From: an uncultured Clostridia bacterium | GTDB taxonomy: Bacteria; Bacillota; Clostridia; TANB77; UBA1234 | Length of the DNA stretch: 64,000 nucleotides | NCBI GenBank assembly: GCA_934132775.1 | Contig: CAKPAA010000005.1 | Span: 11,839-75,838 of the forward strand | Direction of reading: 5' to 3' | Shown: positions 28,853 to 38,614 of the stretch, piece after piece | Layout: each line of letters begins with the position of its first letter | Numbering within the stretch: position 1 is the stretch's first letter | Translations under genes and position numbers: made by a program | The notes under the pieces: model-generated | What the model was told of the DNA's origin: nothing | Databases searched by the model: none | The model's input: the letters and a program-made list of their open reading frames with translations, nothing else

Positions 28853-28876
28853 AATATTCATTCACTATTGAATATA
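28853..28876. promoter_or_regulatory. Palindrome upstream of the TetR operon (candidate operator)
   Basis: aatattca-ttcactat-tgaatatt: 8-bp arms with an 8-nt spacer. A second nested inverted repeat, attcaata (28842-28849) with tattgaat (28866-28873), is also present. Confidence 0.35.
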
Positions 28877-28991
28877 TTACTACCATTTTCCAAAAATGTC
28901 AATAATAAATTATAATTCATTTTTAAAATTAAATTGGATTTTTAACTTGTTACAATCTTACTGTATAATCCCTATAAAACCAGTTTTTCCA

Positions 28992-29030
28992 CAAAAAAGA
29001 GGCTTTTAGCAACCTCGCTAAAAACCTCTT
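28992..29030 (-). terminator. Intrinsic terminator of the GC-rich orphan gene
   Basis: 14-bp stem with 1 mismatch (28997-29010 with 29017-29030) and a 6-nt loop. A U6 run follows on the minus strand. It lies 16 nt after the stop. Confidence 0.65.
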
Positions 29031-29045
29031 TTCCGTTAATCTTAT

Positions 29046-29396
29046 TTAACTTGCGGCATATGCGTTTTTAAAACGCACATACCTGTCCTCGGGCTCATCG
29101 GAGAGGAAAAGATACCCCTCAAACTTGCCGTTAGGATGGGTGAAATACCTTATTTCAGGCATTCCCTTTGACTTGCCACTCGGCACTCGCCAATGGTAGT
29201 AGTAGCCACCAGCAAAGAACTCATAGATGGTCAGCAGACCGTTCTCCAACAACTTGCAGAGAACGCTGCCTTCGTGTGTACGGCTTACGTCCCAATCGCC
29301 CACTCTCAAGCTTTCATCGAAAAGAACTTCCTTTTCGCCAGCCTGAGTCAAGTTAACCAACCGACCATTCTTAATCTTGACAAACCTTCCTGACAT
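29046..29396 (-). CDS. Orphan 116-aa protein, compositionally foreign (GC-richer)
   Basis: Strong RBS (caaGGAGGtattagtATG), own promoter and own terminator. Both antisense frames are also open (29168..29356 and 29193..29393), which marks locally raised GC in an AT-rich genome. No motif recognised. Confidence 0.6.
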   Translation of the reverse strand: MSGRFVKIKNGRLVNLTQAGEKEVLFDESLRVGDWDVSRTHEGSVLCKLLENGLLTIYEFFAGGYYYHWRVPSGKSKGMPEIRYFTHPNGKFEGYLFLSDEPEDRYVRFKNAYAAS

Positions 29397-29459
29397 ACTA
29401 ATACCTCCTTGTTTCAGTCAAATTGACACCAAACCATAACGTTCTCTAACTCCACTTAA

Positions 29460-29488
29460 AGTATACCATAATATAGCAATTATATCAA
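29460..29488 (-). promoter_or_regulatory. Promoter of the orphan gene
   Basis: On the minus strand: TTGATA (29488-29483), 17 nt, TGgTATACT (extended -10, hexamer 29465-29460). Confidence 0.5.
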
Positions 29489-29722
29489 CCTATAATTAAA
29501 ATTTTCTATCAACAGTATATTATATTACAAAATGCACATTACTATGAATATAAATTGAGTTTTTAAATAATCAGATTCAGTTAAAAATCTGATCTTAATA
29601 ACCCTATCTTCCCCATAATTAGTGTGCATTTCTATTATTTTATTAAATTTGTATCTTGTACACTTCTATTTTCTAGTATACAAGGCAATTTATTTTATAT
29701 CCAATTTGAAAATTATTAGCTT

Positions 29723-31027
29723 TTACTTGCTCAAAATTTCTTCTAATAATTTTTCTCTTGTAACTGTCTTATTTTCTCCAATTGATAAGTCTTTTAAAAC
29801 CACAGTTCCTGCTTTTATCTCATCTTCTCCAAGAATTATTGCATAATCATATTTTTCATCAGCTGCATATTTCATTTGCTTTGAAAGCTTTTTATTGTCA
29901 GTATATATCGTTGCGGCTATATTGTTTTCTCTTAAAAGCTTAGATATCTTCAAATACTCTACGTATGGTATTTCTGGGAATCTTGTAATAAGAACCTTTG
30001 GCATACTAGACTTCATTTCTGGTATTAAATTATGAGAAACCAAGAAATTCTCTAATGTTACATCGCCAAAGCCAAAACCAACCCCCGAAATATTTGAATT
30101 TTCAACGAATAAATTTACAAGATTATCATATCTGCCACCACCAAACATAGCTCTATTATTATTAACATCGTTATCATAAACTTCAAATACAGTTCCTGTA
30201 TAATAGTCTAAGCCTCTTATAATTGAAAAATCGAACTCACAAAACTCACTCATTCCAGCTTCGTTTATTAAATCAAACAATTCTTTCAATTCCTTTGCCC
30301 CCTGTGATTCTGGGCACAAATCAATCATTTCATCTAAGCTCAATTTAAAGAATGAATTTAATTTTTCAATTTGCTCTTTATTTAATCCAAGTTCTGCAAG
30401 GTATTCTAAGAAACTTTCCTCAGACATCTTATGCTTTTTATCAATAGCCTTAGATACCTTTCTTGCGCCTTCTTTATCAAGTCCTAAGTATGTTTCAAAT
30501 AAATCATTATAAAACCTTCTGTTATTTATTTTAATAGTAAACATCGTTTCATCGGCACCGAAAGATTTTAATAACTCAGATGCAACCATTAGAAGTTCTA
30601 AATCTGTTTCTATTGCATCAGAGCCAAACATATCAACGTTAACTTGCCAGTGCTCTCTAAGTCTTCCTCTTTGAGGCTTTTCATATCTATATAAGTTAGG
30701 TATACTAAACCATCTAAGTGGCATATTTAAAGAACCAAGCTTTGCAGCAACCATTCTTGCAACAGTTGGAGTCATTTCAGGACGAATGGCAAGCATTCTG
30801 CCACCATTATCTTCAAAGTGATACGTTTGCTCATTAACTATTTCCTCTCCACTCTTAGCAACATACAAATCATATGATTCAAGCATTGGTCCACCATATT
30901 CTCTATAATTAAATTTCTTTAATGTTTCCTTTATTATTCCGAAAAACCAATTACGGACATCCATCTCTTCTGGATAAAAATCTCTAGTTCCTTTATAAGG
31001 TTGAACTGATAATAAATTCTTTCCCAT
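29723..31027 (-). CDS. hisS: Histidine--tRNA ligase
   Basis: Class II motifs: 'RPEMTPTVARM', 'YRYEKPQRGRLREHWQVNVDMFG', 'GGGRYDNL'. A C-terminal anticodon-binding domain is present. Confidence 0.9.
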   Translation of the reverse strand: MGKNLLSVQPYKGTRDFYPEEMDVRNWFFGIIKETLKKFNYREYGGPMLESYDLYVAKSGEEIVNEQTYHFEDNGGRMLAIRPEMTPTVARMVAAKLGSLNMPLRWFSIPNLYRYEKPQRGRLREHWQVNVDMFGSDAIETDLELLMVASELLKSFGADETMFTIKINNRRFYNDLFETYLGLDKEGARKVSKAIDKKHKMSEESFLEYLAELGLNKEQIEKLNSFFKLSLDEMIDLCPESQGAKELKELFDLINEAGMSEFCEFDFSIIRGLDYYTGTVFEVYDNDVNNNRAMFGGGRYDNLVNLFVENSNISGVGFGFGDVTLENFLVSHNLIPEMKSSMPKVLITRFPEIPYVEYLKISKLLRENNIAATIYTDNKKLSKQMKYAADEKYDYAIILGEDEIKAGTVVLKDLSIGENKTVTREKLLEEILSK

Positions 31028-31051
31028 ATAAACACTCCCTCTTTCACTTCA

Positions 31052-31080
31052 TACCTTGGTATTATACAATATTCGTCGAA
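31052..31080 (-). promoter_or_regulatory. hisS promoter (short leader, no T-box)
   Basis: On the minus strand: TTTACA (31080-31075), 17 nt, TATAAT (31057-31052). This leaves only a ~20-nt leader carrying the GAGGGAG RBS. Confidence 0.55.
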
Positions 31081-31214
31081 TATTGTAAACCTATGTGAAA
31101 GAAAAACTATTAGAAAGAAACTAAAAATAGCCTTTATTCCACTTGGACTTTTCTTATAAAAATACAGTATAAATAGGATTGTACGATAAATCTTAAATGT
31201 CAATTTCTATTATT

Positions 31215-32429
31215 TCAATGCAAATCGTATATGTTTAATTCACCAGCTTTTTTTATTTGATTAAAGCCATATTTTTCTTTTAGCTCGTCCAAAGTTTTGT
31301 CTAAATTGCTATCCTTGCTTTCATCTCCAAAAAACGAAAACTGTCCTTCCTTTTCTGTAAGCTTTTCGAGTCTAAAACCAATAAGCCTAACTGGCACGGG
31401 AAAAACGTACATTTCTTCAAATATTTCCTTTGCTTTCTCATATATTTCGTTTGTGTTTGAAGTAGTAAAATTAAGTTTTGCTTGGTGTGTTATATCTTTA
31501 AAATCGTGTGTCCTAAGCTGAACAGTGGCTACTGTTGCAAGTAATTCTTCTTTTCTCAAACGATATGCAACTTGCTCAACGAGCGAAAGTAGCACTCCCT
31601 CTATTTTCTCTTTATTAGAGATATCAATCGGCAAAGTAACAGAATTGCCAATACTTTTTGGCTTCTCCTTAATGAAATTAACTTCTGACTCATCAATTCC
31701 ATTTGCAAACTCCCAAATCATAGTACCGAATTTTCCAAGCCTTTTTGTTATGCTTAACTTATCATAATTTGCTAAATCTCCAATCTTATAAATCCCCATT
31801 GCATTTAATTTAGGTACGCTTTTTCTTCCTATCATAAAAAGCTCTGATATATCAAGTGGCCACATCTTAGTCTTAATTTCATTTCTGTATAAGGTATGGA
31901 TTTTATCTGGTTTAGTAAAATCTGATGCCATCTTTGCTAAAAGCTTATTACACGAAACTCCAATATTAACAGTAAAGCTTAGTTCTTCTTTTACTCTTTT
32001 ATTTATTTCAATAGCTTTTTGCAACAAAGTCTCATTCATTAAAAAGCCTGTCATATCCAAAAAACATTCATCTATACTAAAACGTTCAATTTTATATGTG
32101 TACTCTGAAAGTAACTTATAAAGTGAATTTGAATATTCTCTATATTTGCTAAAATCTGGCTTAAATAATGCCAAATTGGGGCACTTTTTCATTGCTTGGT
32201 ATATTGTCTCACCTGTTACAACTCCAACAGATTTAGCGAGAGGACTTTTAGCTAATATAATTCCACTTCTCTTATTTTCATCACCGCAAATCGCAGATGG
32301 AATCTTTCTTATATCTAAGTTATCACCATTTTTTAGTCTCTCAACAGCCGTCCAACTTAAAAAAGCATTATTAACATCAACGTGCAGTATTTTCCTTTCC
32401 ATAACACCACCAAAATCATTATAGAACAT
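31215..32429 (-). CDS. dinB: DNA polymerase IV (Y-family)
   Basis: 'ILHVDVNNAFLS' and 'SIDECFLDMTG' catalytic motifs, plus a little-finger domain. The true start may be MERKILHVD (32402). Confidence 0.9.
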   Translation of the reverse strand: MFYNDFGGVMERKILHVDVNNAFLSWTAVERLKNGDNLDIRKIPSAICGDENKRSGIILAKSPLAKSVGVVTGETIYQAMKKCPNLALFKPDFSKYREYSNSLYKLLSEYTYKIERFSIDECFLDMTGFLMNETLLQKAIEINKRVKEELSFTVNIGVSCNKLLAKMASDFTKPDKIHTLYRNEIKTKMWPLDISELFMIGRKSVPKLNAMGIYKIGDLANYDKLSITKRLGKFGTMIWEFANGIDESEVNFIKEKPKSIGNSVTLPIDISNKEKIEGVLLSLVEQVAYRLRKEELLATVATVQLRTHDFKDITHQAKLNFTTSNTNEIYEKAKEIFEEMYVFPVPVRLIGFRLEKLTEKEGQFSFFGDESKDSNLDKTLDELKEKYGFNQIKKAGELNIYDLH

Positions 32430-33230
32430 TTGTTCCTACAAGTCAACAAAAAATTCAAATTAAAAACTTATTTTACCTATGTTAAACTAAAAATAATTTT
32501 ATTCATTAAAATTACAAATTATCTAACATATAAAAATCACTTTTATGTATTATTATTTTCTATTATTTATTAGTCAAAAAGTTAAAAAACAAATCTTTTT
32601 ATGATATAAAAAATAGTATTGCCATCATCGATAAATTGCAGGGATTCGATGAATAGTAATACTATTTTCAACACTACTTTGAGCAATCAATATTGTGTCC
32701 TTAATATATTACAAAAACTAGGCTTAACCAACTGGCTTTACAACTCGAAATAATCTTTATACAAAATAATAAGTGTTGCGATACCACTCCATTATGTACT
32801 CAAATTGCCATTTGCAAGATATACATATAAAACCTTCTAGTCTCTCGAAGAACACGGCTTGGTAGTCCACTTGATAATTATTTGAATGTAGTACGAGTAT
32901 AATTATCAAATTCTTTTTGAGCTATAAAGTTCCATAAGCATATCTAATTCAAACAATTTTTTATGAAAGAAAATCAATTTACGTAAGGGGTTACGAAATC
33001 AACAGGAACAGCACTTTCATAACAAATTCTGCTTTTTAGGTATTAACTTCTGTAATATCAATTATCAAACTATCGTAAGGGACTCTAGAAAAATAATTTT
33101 CTGCAACATTGCTGTCAGGCTCTTAAATTCCGTAAAAAATTTGATTTTTTCTCGAAGCTTTGCCCAAATAAAGTTAAGCCTAGTTAATGTATCTAAATTA
33201 AATATATAAATATTTAAGAAATTTTCTAAC

Positions 33231-33671
33231 CTAATATAAAGTTACTATGTTTGTGTAGAATGGTTCAGCTTCAATTTCTAATCCAGCATCTGTATAAGCA
33301 ATGTGCATTACTAAACAACGATACTTACCTGCTCCGCTAACCTTAAATGTTTCATCTATGTATGCAAATGTTTTCTCTTCATAAACATCCCAGCACTTAC
33401 CATCAACATCTTCCCAAGTTTCTCCTCCATCAGTAGACTTTTGAAGTTGGGCTTCTATACCACAATAATTACCATCATATACTTCAACATCTGCATATAA
33501 TTCCAATTTTCTACTAAACAAAGTAGATTTATCTTCCAAATCACTACTGCAAGCATGTAAATATGACCATCTTGCTAACGATACACTTCCCATTGCTAAA
33601 ATCATCATGAATGCCAAAATTAAAGTTCCTACCTTTTTTACTACATTTTTCTTCTCCATCTGTTTTTCCAT
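33231..33671 (-). CDS. Small secreted Cys-containing protein downstream of the sigma/anti-sigma pair
   Basis: 146 aa with signal peptide VGTLILAFMMILAMGSVSLA. It is on the same strand, 123 nt after the anti-sigma gene. Confidence 0.5.
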   Translation of the reverse strand: MEKQMEKKNVVKKVGTLILAFMMILAMGSVSLARWSYLHACSSDLEDKSTLFSRKLELYADVEVYDGNYCGIEAQLQKSTDGGETWEDVDGKCWDVYEEKTFAYIDETFKVSGAGKYRCLVMHIAYTDAGLEIEAEPFYTNIVTLY

Positions 33672-33794
33672 AAAAAAATCCTCCTTATTTTGGTTATCTA
33701 CACTCGTAAAAACAAAATTAAATCTTTCTCGCTTTGTTTTTACACATATATAACCTCACAAAGGAGGAAAAAGGGACAAATTTTCGAAACTTTT

Positions 33795-34571
33795 TTAATT
33801 TTTTTCAAAAATTCTATCAATTTCTTCATAATCTATATTTTCAATTATCTTTACAAGCTCGTCATATTCAATATTTCCATACAATGTATACATCTTTTTA
33901 TCACTTGTCCAAGAGAAAGTAACGTCATCATCCTTTTGACTAAAATATATTTTTCTTCCATCTATTTCAACTACATTTCTTTCTGCTTTTTCATTATCAA
34001 TAATGTTTCGTGAAAATTCGCTAACTTTAAAACTTATCTTATGACTATTATTTTCAAATCTTACATATTTTGATTTTCCAGTATTAGCTATATCAACTAT
34101 CGTATACCCTTTTGGCATGTACTTCAAAAATGATATTTTATATGACTTTCCATCGTTCTTCTCTCCAAATCGCAAGTCATATAAATCGTCTGGATCTCCA
34201 TATAATACCCACGAATAGCCTGTGCCTTCATCTTGAACAAAGAATTTAGTTATTCTTTCTTTCCAAGCACTGTTACTTGGCATAAACACCCCAAACATAG
34301 CATAAGTTGCAATTAGTATTATAGCTACTTTTGGAATAAGTCTCTTTGCAATATTCGTTCTACTCTTATGATAAGTCGTACTCTTACCGTTTTTCATATT
34401 TTCAAAAAGTTTTTTCATATTTTCTTCATGTTCCTTCGAAAAGACTACTTCTTCGTCAGCATCATTTACGTTCTCATTCTTCATTTTTACATACACAGGC
34501 AAAGCTGCACTTAATAATTCATCTAACTTTTTGTTCTCGGCTTCGATATTTTTCTTAATGCTATCACTCAT
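33795..34571 (-). CDS. Anti-sigma factor-like membrane protein with DUF4367-like C-terminal domain
   Basis: Cytoplasmic N-terminus, one TM helix (VAIILIATYAMFGVF), then an extracytoplasmic domain with 'YMPKGYTIVDI ... VEIDGRKIYFS ... FSWTSDKKMYTLYGNIEYDELVKIIENI'. Its start overlaps the sigma gene stop by 4 nt (ATGA). Confidence 0.6.
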   Translation of the reverse strand: MSDSIKKNIEAENKKLDELLSAALPVYVKMKNENVNDADEEVVFSKEHEENMKKLFENMKNGKSTTYHKSRTNIAKRLIPKVAIILIATYAMFGVFMPSNSAWKERITKFFVQDEGTGYSWVLYGDPDDLYDLRFGEKNDGKSYKISFLKYMPKGYTIVDIANTGKSKYVRFENNSHKISFKVSEFSRNIIDNEKAERNVVEIDGRKIYFSQKDDDVTFSWTSDKKMYTLYGNIEYDELVKIIENIDYEEIDRIFEKN

Positions 34572-35131
34572 TTTATCGTCACTCCTTTCTTATCTAATTT
34601 TTCCGTAAGAATCTTTCTACCTCTCTCAATTCTTTTCTTAACTGTATCATAATTCAAGTTAAGCAACTTCGCAATCTCTTTCTTAGAATAATTATGTAAA
34701 ATTTCGAGAGTAATTAAATCTTTATAAATGTTTGGTAATTCTTCTAACGTCTCTAAAACATTGTGTAGTGTCTCCGTCTCTATTACCGAATTTGATGGAC
34801 AACTCACAGTGCCAAAGTTTATGCTATCGTTTTCATCATATAAATCTATGTATTCAGAGTTAGCCAACAAATGTGCTCTCTTGTTATACATATTGATTGC
34901 TATATTTCTACAAATAATAATTAAAAAGTTTCTTGTTTTTTCTACATTTTCTATTTCAATCTTATCAACGTTAGCTATAACTTTGATAAAAGCTTGTTGC
35001 ACAGCATCTTCTGCAAGATGGAAGTCATTCAATATTCTGTTAGCTTCTTTGTACATACAAACTTTATATGTTTTGTATAATAGTGTGACTTTGTCTGAAT
35101 CGTCTTCTTTACCTTTACTACCGTAGTTCAT
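34568..35131 (-). CDS. ECF-type sigma-70 family RNA polymerase sigma factor
   Basis: Region 2 'AEDAVQQAFIKV' and region 4 'LPNIYKDLITLEILHNYSKKEIAKLLNLNYDTVKKRIERGRKIL'. The start is at 35131, behind a GGAGGGGG RBS; the track start 35167 is less likely. Confidence 0.85.
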   Translation of the reverse strand: MNYGSKGKEDDSDKVTLLYKTYKVCMYKEANRILNDFHLAEDAVQQAFIKVIANVDKIEIENVEKTRNFLIIICRNIAINMYNKRAHLLANSEYIDLYDENDSINFGTVSCPSNSVIETETLHNVLETLEELPNIYKDLITLEILHNYSKKEIAKLLNLNYDTVKKRIERGRKILTEKLDKKGVTIK

Positions 35132-35584
35132 TCTTCCCCTCCCCCTTATTAACATAATATACAACATTAGGCTTGATTATATAATATAAAAATTATTTCT
35201 TTCAATAATTGTTACTCAAATTCAACTATTTTTTGATATAATCCTCTATTTTCCCTCTATATTCCGAAAAATTTGACACATAGAACCTTTTAAATTGATT
35301 AAATTTGTTCAGCCATTTAGCCAAAGTTTTATATTTTAAACACATATAAAAAATCAGCGATTTTATATATATCTAAATAATAACGACTTATTTATAAGCA
35401 CTTGTTTCTTTCTTAAAACACTTTTGTTTTTATATTTATAGTGATAGAATATTAGAGATATTTACTAAGGCAAGAAAAGTAAAAATCAAATATTTTTAGC
35501 TCTCTGTCTTTCGAAATTTTTATTGTAAAAAAGGCTTTCATATAAGTTTAGAAAATTTTATGTTAATTTTAAAAATATTAAGGA

Positions 35585-35986
35585 GTGATTTTATTGGAAG
35601 TTGCAAATATTGAAAAATTTATGCCAACTGTTTATCAAGCTGAAATTTTAGTTAAAAATAATCTTGAAACATATAGAAGAAAAGGAGTTAAAGCTTTTAA
35701 AATAATTCACGGATACGGTTCAACAGGAAAAGGTGGAGCCCTTAGAACTGGACTTAGAGACTATCTAACACAATTAAAAAAAGCAAAGATAATTGCCGAT
35801 TTTATTCCTGGTGAAAATTGGTCTGTTTTTGACGAAACAACAAGAAAAGTACTTGATTTAGATAACAGTTTTGGAAAAGATTCGGATTTAGGCAAAATGA
35901 ATGCAGGAATCACAATTATTGTTATTAGCTGGAATGATAGTAGTAAATCTTTGGGTGAAACGCCTTATAGACCGACTAGAAATTAA
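35585..35986 (+). CDS. Smr-domain protein
   Basis: 'FKIIHGYGSTGKGGALRTGLRDYL' matches the Smr hGxG core. The probable start is TTG 35594, 8 nt after the AAGGAG RBS. Confidence 0.65.
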   Translation: MILLEVANIEKFMPTVYQAEILVKNNLETYRRKGVKAFKIIHGYGSTGKGGALRTGLRDYLTQLKKAKIIADFIPGENWSVFDETTRKVLDLDNSFGKDSDLGKMNAGITIIVISWNDSSKSLGETPYRPTRN

Positions 35987-36107
35987 GCTTCCGTTATAAA
36001 AAAATTTTAAATTCAAAAATGTATGAGTAGTTAAATTGGGGAGTAAAGGTGAAAATAGGCTATAAATTTATAAACTTTTAGCTATTTATACAAAATTAAA
36101 ACATAGC

Positions 36108-36167
36108 CTAAACAATGCTATAACACAGCCACCACTACTATAGTCTGACAATACTTTATGTTATTCA
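36108..36167. repeat. Direct repeat copy A (~60 nt)
   Basis: ctaaacaatgctataacacagccaccactactatagtctgacaatactttatgttattca. It is about 85 percent identical to copy B by manual alignment. Confidence 0.7.
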
Positions 36168-36276
36168 TAAATTAAGCTCTGTGAGAGATTTATAGATGTC
36201 TTAAAACATCGTTAATTTCTTTCACAGAGCTTATAAATTTTATATTAAATTAAAATAATCCTTCAACGTACAGTAT

Positions 36277-36337
36277 CTAGACAATGCTGTAATACAAGTC
36301 AGCACTATTGTAGTCTGACAATACTTTACGTTATTCA
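36277..36337. repeat. Direct repeat copy B (~61 nt)
   Basis: ctagacaatgctgtaatacaagtcagcactattgtagtctgacaatactttacgttattca. Copies A and B flank an 11-bp-stem hairpin (36174-36184 with 36222-36232). Confidence 0.7.
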
Positions 36338-36363
36338 AATTATCATAAATGGTACATTCTCTA

Positions 36364-37515
<1,152 letters not shown>

Positions 37516-38550
37516 TTATTTTATTAACATTGCATCTCCAAAGCTGAAAAATCTATACTTTTGCTCTACTGCAATTTTGTATGTGTCTAATATCATTTCT
37601 CGCGTTGCAAGTGCTGAGATTAGCATCAATAACGTGCTTTCTGGCAAATGAAAGTTTGTTATTAAGTTATCTAAAACTTTGAACTTATATCCTGGATATA
37701 TAAATATTTCTGTGTTTCCTTTTTGTGGCTTTAAAAATCCATTCTCATCAGCCGCACTTTCTACTGTTCTACAAGATGTCGTTCCAACGCAGAAAACCTT
37801 TCCACCATTTGCTTTCGTTTGATTTATTATATCACAAGCCTCCTGTGATATTTCATAATATTCTGAGTGCATTTTGTGATCTTCTATATTTTCTTCTTTA
37901 ACTGGTCTGAACGTTCCAAGCCCAACGTGTAATGTGACTCTTGCTATTTTTACTCCCTTATCTTCTATTTCTTTTAATAACTCTTTGGTAAAATGTAAAC
38001 CAGCCGTTGGTGCTGCACTTGAACCACTCACTTTTGCATAAACTGTTTGATATCTATCTTTCTCTTTTAGTTTTTCGTGTATATATGGTGGTAGTGGCAT
38101 AACTCCTATTTTATCAAGTATCTCATTTAATATGCCATTAAATTCAAGCTTTACTTTTCTATTTCCGTCCTCAAATATATCTATTACTTCTGCTGTTAAT
38201 AATACTTCATCATCTGATTTAAAATAGATTTTAGTACCATTTTTGCATTTTTTACCCGGCTTTACCAAAACTTCCCATTCGTTATTTCCATAATCCTTTA
38301 AAAGTAGCATCTCAATTTTTTCATCTTTATCTGCCCTACTTCCATATATTCTAGCTGGTATTACTTTCGTTTCATTTATTACTAAACAATCATTAGGAGA
38401 TATGTACTCTATTATATCTTTGAAAACTCTATGTTCTATTTTTCCAGTTTTTCTATCTAGCACTAATAATCTTGATTCGTCTCTTTTATCCGCTGGTGAT
38501 TGAGCTATTAGCTCTTCTGGTAGGTCATAGTTAAAATCTGATAATTTCAT
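37516..38550 (-). CDS. queA: S-adenosylmethionine:tRNA ribosyltransferase-isomerase
   Basis: '[17 protein letters not shown]', 'MPLPPYI', 'TAGLHFT'. The start is ATG 38550; the track start is an upstream TTG. Confidence 0.95.
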   Translation of the reverse strand: MKLSDFNYDLPEELIAQSPADKRDESRLLVLDRKTGKIEHRVFKDIIEYISPNDCLVINETKVIPARIYGSRADKDEKIEMLLLKDYGNNEWEVLVKPGKKCKNGTKIYFKSDDEVLLTAEVIDIFEDGNRKVKLEFNGILNEILDKIGVMPLPPYIHEKLKEKDRYQTVYAKVSGSSAAPTAGLHFTKELLKEIEDKGVKIARVTLHVGLGTFRPVKEENIEDHKMHSEYYEISQEACDIINQTKANGGKVFCVGTTSCRTVESAADENGFLKPQKGNTEIFIYPGYKFKVLDNLITNFHLPESTLLMLISALATREMILDTYKIAVEQKYRFFSFGDAMLIK

Positions 38551-38575
38551 TTCATCTCTTCCTTCTTTTCTATTC

Positions 38576-38604
38576 AAAAAATGCTTTCCAAAAAGGAAAG
38601 CATT
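38576..38604 (-). terminator. Hairpin + U-run after typA, only ~25 nt before the queA start
   Basis: 10-bp stem: aatgctttcc (38580-38589) pairs with ggaaagcatt (38595-38604). A U-run follows on the minus strand. Confidence 0.55.
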
Positions 38605-38614
38605 TTCATTTTAC

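Noticed and set aside
31028-31210. T-box riboswitch upstream of hisS, and the 89-aa ORF 30934..31203
   Set aside because: I saw no T-box consensus (…GGTGGTACCGCG…) and no specifier-loop architecture. A good promoter lies only ~20 nt upstream of the RBS, leaving no room for a leader. The ORF overlaps the hisS start and is low-complexity.
32641-32665. tmRNA-like 5' element ('gggattcgatg')
   Set aside because: It only superficially resembles the GGATTCGAC box. There is no acceptor-stem partner, no tag reading frame and no T-arm/CCA-proximal sequence nearby.
33690-34013. Plus-strand ORFs 33690..34013 and 33734..33922
   Set aside because: They are antisense to the anti-sigma gene and its downstream spacer, and their translations are AT-rich and low-complexity.
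36000-36363. preQ1 riboswitch near tgt/queA
   Set aside because: The structured region lies downstream of tgt, not in a 5' leader. I saw no preQ1 aptamer core, and such riboswitches normally precede queCDEF or transporter genes.
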